Positions 37,032 through 39,655 of a DNA stretch of 39,655 nucleotides are shown piece by piece. A program made the position numbers and the translations under genes. Below the pieces are notes generated by a model that had not been told where the DNA came from, ran no database searches, and worked only from the letters and a program-made list of their open reading frames with translations. The DNA is from a virus (taxonomy: Duplodnaviria > Caudoviricetes): positions 1 to 39,655 of the IMG/VR virus record IMGVR_UViG_3300027769_000061, one strand, 5' to 3'. Each line of letters begins with the position of its first letter. The stretch's first letter is position 1.

Positions 37032-37952
37032 CTACCAATAATTAATAATAACTAAACCATTTCCACCAATACCACCTGCTCCACCACCATCAGTTCCTCC
37101 AGCACCACCACCGCCGCCTCCAGAACCAAATCCAGCATTACCTCCCGGACCTCCAGCAGTTGTTGTTGAGGTTGAAGCACCGCCACCACCACCTCCGGTA
37201 GAAAGTAGTGGTTGATAAAGTTCTCTTCCTGTACCACCAACACCTCCAGGACTACCATTCGTTCCTGCAGATATTGCTGGAAATAATAAAGATCCTGGTG
37301 TATTTATGGCAACTCCTGCAGTTCCTCCAGTTCCAGTTGCACCTCCACCTCCACCACAACCACCAGAAAGTAATAATCCTGATGCTGGATAATTTATAGC
37401 AGTAGCATTACCCCCAGCCACTGCCCCGCCAGCAGATCCCGCAGATCCTGCATATAGAATAAGTTCACCATAACCAGAAAGTAAAGTATTTGCTCTTGTG
37501 GCAACAGGGGCAGCAGCACCTAAAGCACCAACAGCGGCAGCAGTTCCATTACCTCCTGCACTTCCACCATTTGCATAACAGAGAGTATAAGTTGCAGTTA
37601 CTGTAGTTAATGCAGTATAATGAATAACGGAGACATAAGAACCTGTTCCAGCACCAGCAATTCCACCTCTTCCTGCAGAAATATATATTGTATCTGGTAT
37701 TAAAATTGCAGGAAGAACTACACTACTATATCCACCAGAACCACCACCTCCTCCACCACCTCTTGCGTTGGTAGTGGCAGATGCAAATCCATTTCCACCA
37801 GAACCACCACCACCAATACAAATAAATCTAACCATAGTAATTCCTCTAGGTTTTTCCCAAGTTTCCCAAGATTGACCTAGAGAAGTTGATTTGCCAATAA
37901 AGTAATCAGCATTTCCAGTGGTTGGTTTTGGTAAATGTAGTAAATCAATCAT
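37032..37952 (-). CDS. Glycine-rich virion protein, paralog B
   Basis: Same architecture as paralog A; the first 117 nt are identical. Confidence 0.8.
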   Translation of the reverse strand: MIDLLHLPKPTTGNADYFIGKSTSLGQSWETWEKPRGITMVRFICIGGGGSGGNGFASATTNARGGGGGGGSGGYSSVVLPAILIPDTIYISAGRGGIAGAGTGSYVSVIHYTALTTVTATYTLCYANGGSAGGNGTAAAVGALGAAAPVATRANTLLSGYGELILYAGSAGSAGGAVAGGNATAINYPASGLLLSGGCGGGGGATGTGGTAGVAINTPGSLLFPAISAGTNGSPGGVGGTGRELYQPLLSTGGGGGGASTSTTTAGGPGGNAGFGSGGGGGGAGGTDGGGAGGIGGNGLVIINYW

Positions 37953-38105
37953 TTATACTTCTTCTGGAACATACCAGGATGAATATTCTGTAAGTTCATT
38001 TCCATTTTCATCAGTAAATAATGTAATTTCATTATTCTCATTAATATGAATAAATCCAGTTGCAAGAGGTCCTTCATTAAAATGGATTTTTACAATTCTT
38101 TCCAT
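37953..38105 (-). CDS. Small hypothetical protein (50 aa)
   Basis: MERIVKIHFNEG...WYVPEEV; GGAG RBS and TGATG overlap with the upstream gene. Confidence 0.6.
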   Translation of the reverse strand: MERIVKIHFNEGPLATGFIHINENNEITLFTDENGNELTEYSSWYVPEEV

Positions 38106-38569
38106 CAGTAATCTCCACCAAAGGTAATTGCGTTCCAAACAGTGTTTGCTCCAGTTATTGCACTTACTCCAACTAAAACGTACTGTCCCGTAGGAATTGC
38201 AAAGTTAAGTGGAACCTCAATTGGATATGTTGCAGCAGTAAGTGTACCAATTACGTTTGGTGTTTGTGTTGGTGCTGCAACTTCCTGGTATAAGTAAGTA
38301 TTAGTCTGAGTTGTATTACCAGTGTTAACTGTAGATATATAAACTCTCAATACTGCAGCAATAGATGCGGTGTTTGCAGTTGCACCACCTAAAGTAAATC
38401 TCACTTTTTGCAGATAACTTCCATTTGCTCCTGCACTGAATGCAAGATAGATATTGGTTCCTACTGTTCCAGAACCTTGTGAGTTGCTTTGTGCTGATGT
38501 AATTGTTGTAAATCCAACTCTTGGAGTTCCTGTAAAAATTGGTGCTGTATTTAAATTAGTTAATGGCAT
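38105..38569 (-). CDS. Hypothetical virion protein
   Basis: 154 aa, Thr/Ala/Gly-rich. NTAPIFT..P and GANGS motifs, GGDY C-terminus, GGAGGA RBS. Confidence 0.75.
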   Translation of the reverse strand: MPLTNLNTAPIFTGTPRVGFTTITSAQSNSQGSGTVGTNIYLAFSAGANGSYLQKVRFTLGGATANTASIAAVLRVYISTVNTGNTTQTNTYLYQEVAAPTQTPNVIGTLTAATYPIEVPLNFAIPTGQYVLVGVSAITGANTVWNAITFGGDY

Positions 38570-38600
38570 TTATTTAATCCTCCTTTATATTATATGTATC

Positions 38601-39655
38601 TTATGGCATTGCCATACCATAAGAGTGTGCAAGTATAGATCCAGACAATGTAGTAATTGGGTTTCCATCCAAATATCCAGATGTTGTTATTCCAGTAATT
38701 ATAGAATTACCAAAAACAGTAAGATTTGATGTGGCAGTTGCAGTATTTATACCAACCCTTCCGTTATTATCAACTATAAATGGAGTGGTTCCTGCTACCT
38801 GATCATCAACTCTCAGAGCATTTCCAGTTCCGTCCTGAGTGATTCTTACTAAATCATTATTAGTGGTTCCAGAGAACAAACCAACAAAATCAGTAACATT
38901 CGTAGATTTAACTGTAAGTAGTGCAGTTGGATTTGTGGTTCCTATACCAACTTTTGAAAGAGTATTAATACCAACAATGGTTTGTTCCCAATAATTTACT
39001 CCCCCGCCACCGCCACCAGAACCTGTAGCACCTTGAACACCCTGGTTAGAAAGACCCTGAGCACCCTGGTTAGAAAGACCCTGAAGTCCTTGAGCACCCT
39101 GGTTAGAAAGACCTTGAAGACCTTGAGTACCTTGATTACTTAGACCTTGAAGACCTTGAGTACCCTGATTACTTAAACCTTGAAGTCCTTGAGTACCCTG
39201 ACCTCCACCACCCTGAAGACCCTGAAGACCCTGATTACCTGTTCCTTGAAGACCCTGAAGACCTTGAGCACCCTGATTACTTAAACCTTGAACACCTTGA
39301 GTACCTTGATCCCCACCACCCTGAAGACCTTGAAGACCTTGGAGACCTTGAGTACCTTGGTTAGAAAGACCCTGAAGACCTTGAGTACCTTGATTACTTA
39401 AACCTTGAAGTCCTTGAGTACCCTGGTTAGAGAGACCCTGAAGACCCTGAGTACCTTGGTTAGAAAGACCCTGAAGACCCTGAGTACCTTGATTACTTAA
39501 ACCTTGAAGTCCTTGAGTACCTTGAGTTCCCTGAAGACCTTGAGTACCTTGATTACTTAAACCTTGAAGTCCTTGAGTACCCTGGTTAGAGAGACCCTGA
39601 AGACCCTGAGTACCTTGGTTAGAAAGACCCTGAAGACCCTGAGTACCTTGATTAC
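38601..39655 (-). CDS. Collagen-like fibre protein, partial (start beyond the right edge)
   Basis: The frame of the listed 92-aa ORF stays open upstream: (QGLSNQGTQGL)n...GATGSGGGGGGVNYWEQTIVGINTLSKVGIGTTNPTALLTV...RVGINT. Confidence 0.85.
   Translation of the reverse strand, partial: NQGTQGLQGLSNQGTQGLQGLSNQGTQGLQGLSNQGTQGLQGTQGTQGLQGLSNQGTQGLQGLSNQGTQGLQGLSNQGTQGLQGLSNQGTQGLQGLSNQGTQGLQGLQGLQGGGDQGTQGVQGLSNQGAQGLQGLQGTGNQGLQGLQGGGGQGTQGLQGLSNQGTQGLQGLSNQGTQGLQGLSNQGAQGLQGLSNQGAQGLSNQGVQGATGSGGGGGGVNYWEQTIVGINTLSKVGIGTTNPTALLTVKSTNVTDFVGLFSGTTNNDLVRITQDGTGNALRVDDQVAGTTPFIVDNNGRVGINTATATSNLTVFGNSIITGITTSGYLDGNPITTLSGSILAHSYGMAMP
39030..39655. repeat. (Q-G-X)n repeat with periodic LSN and GGG interruptions
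   Basis: Recurrent ggttagaaagaccctga and gattacttaaaccttga units. Confidence 0.93.

Noticed and set aside
36085-37952. Diversity-generating retroelement template/variable repeat pair
   Set aside because: There is no reverse transcriptase in the window. Both copies are full ORFs, and the differences include indels and are not adenine-specific.
7113-38729. Numerous short antisense or alternate-frame ORFs in the track (e.g. 13258-13914, 19386-19796, 24510-24716, 24723-24905)
   Set aside because: They overlap well-supported genes or elements on the opposite strand or frame and show no recognisable motifs.
1-39655. tRNA or rRNA genes
   Set aside because: No cloverleaf or T-loop signatures were seen in the few intergenic gaps. 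This was checked by eye only.

Overview
This window is a segment of an AT-rich T4-like cyanophage (cyanomyovirus) genome, coded mostly on the minus strand. From left to right it contains: (i) collagen-like (Gly-X-Gln)n fibre genes and a baseplate/tail module (gp5-like, gp27-like, tape-measure-like proteins including one with lytic transglycosylase and M23 domains, gp51, gp26, gp54/gp19-like, then gp4, gp2-like, gp48 and gp53 on the plus strand); (ii) core replication and transcription genes (gp32, gp59, gp33, exonuclease, phoH, a GIY-YIG homing endonuclease, thyX); (iii) a small unit absent from the ORF track, with an NtcA-type box, a glutamine-I (glnA-motif) riboswitch, a DUF4278-like peptide, a 33-aa basic peptide and a terminator; (iv) glutaredoxin and a roughly 7.6 kb glycan-modification operon under a perfect sigma70 promoter, including a 1478-aa six-domain methyltransferase/glycosyltransferase/TPR protein; (v) duplicated glycine-rich virion genes and a third collagen-like gene. 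Also noted are a candidate -1 frameshift joining gp26 to gp51 and a probable homing-endonuclease relic. All family assignments come from motif recognition and gene order, not database searches.
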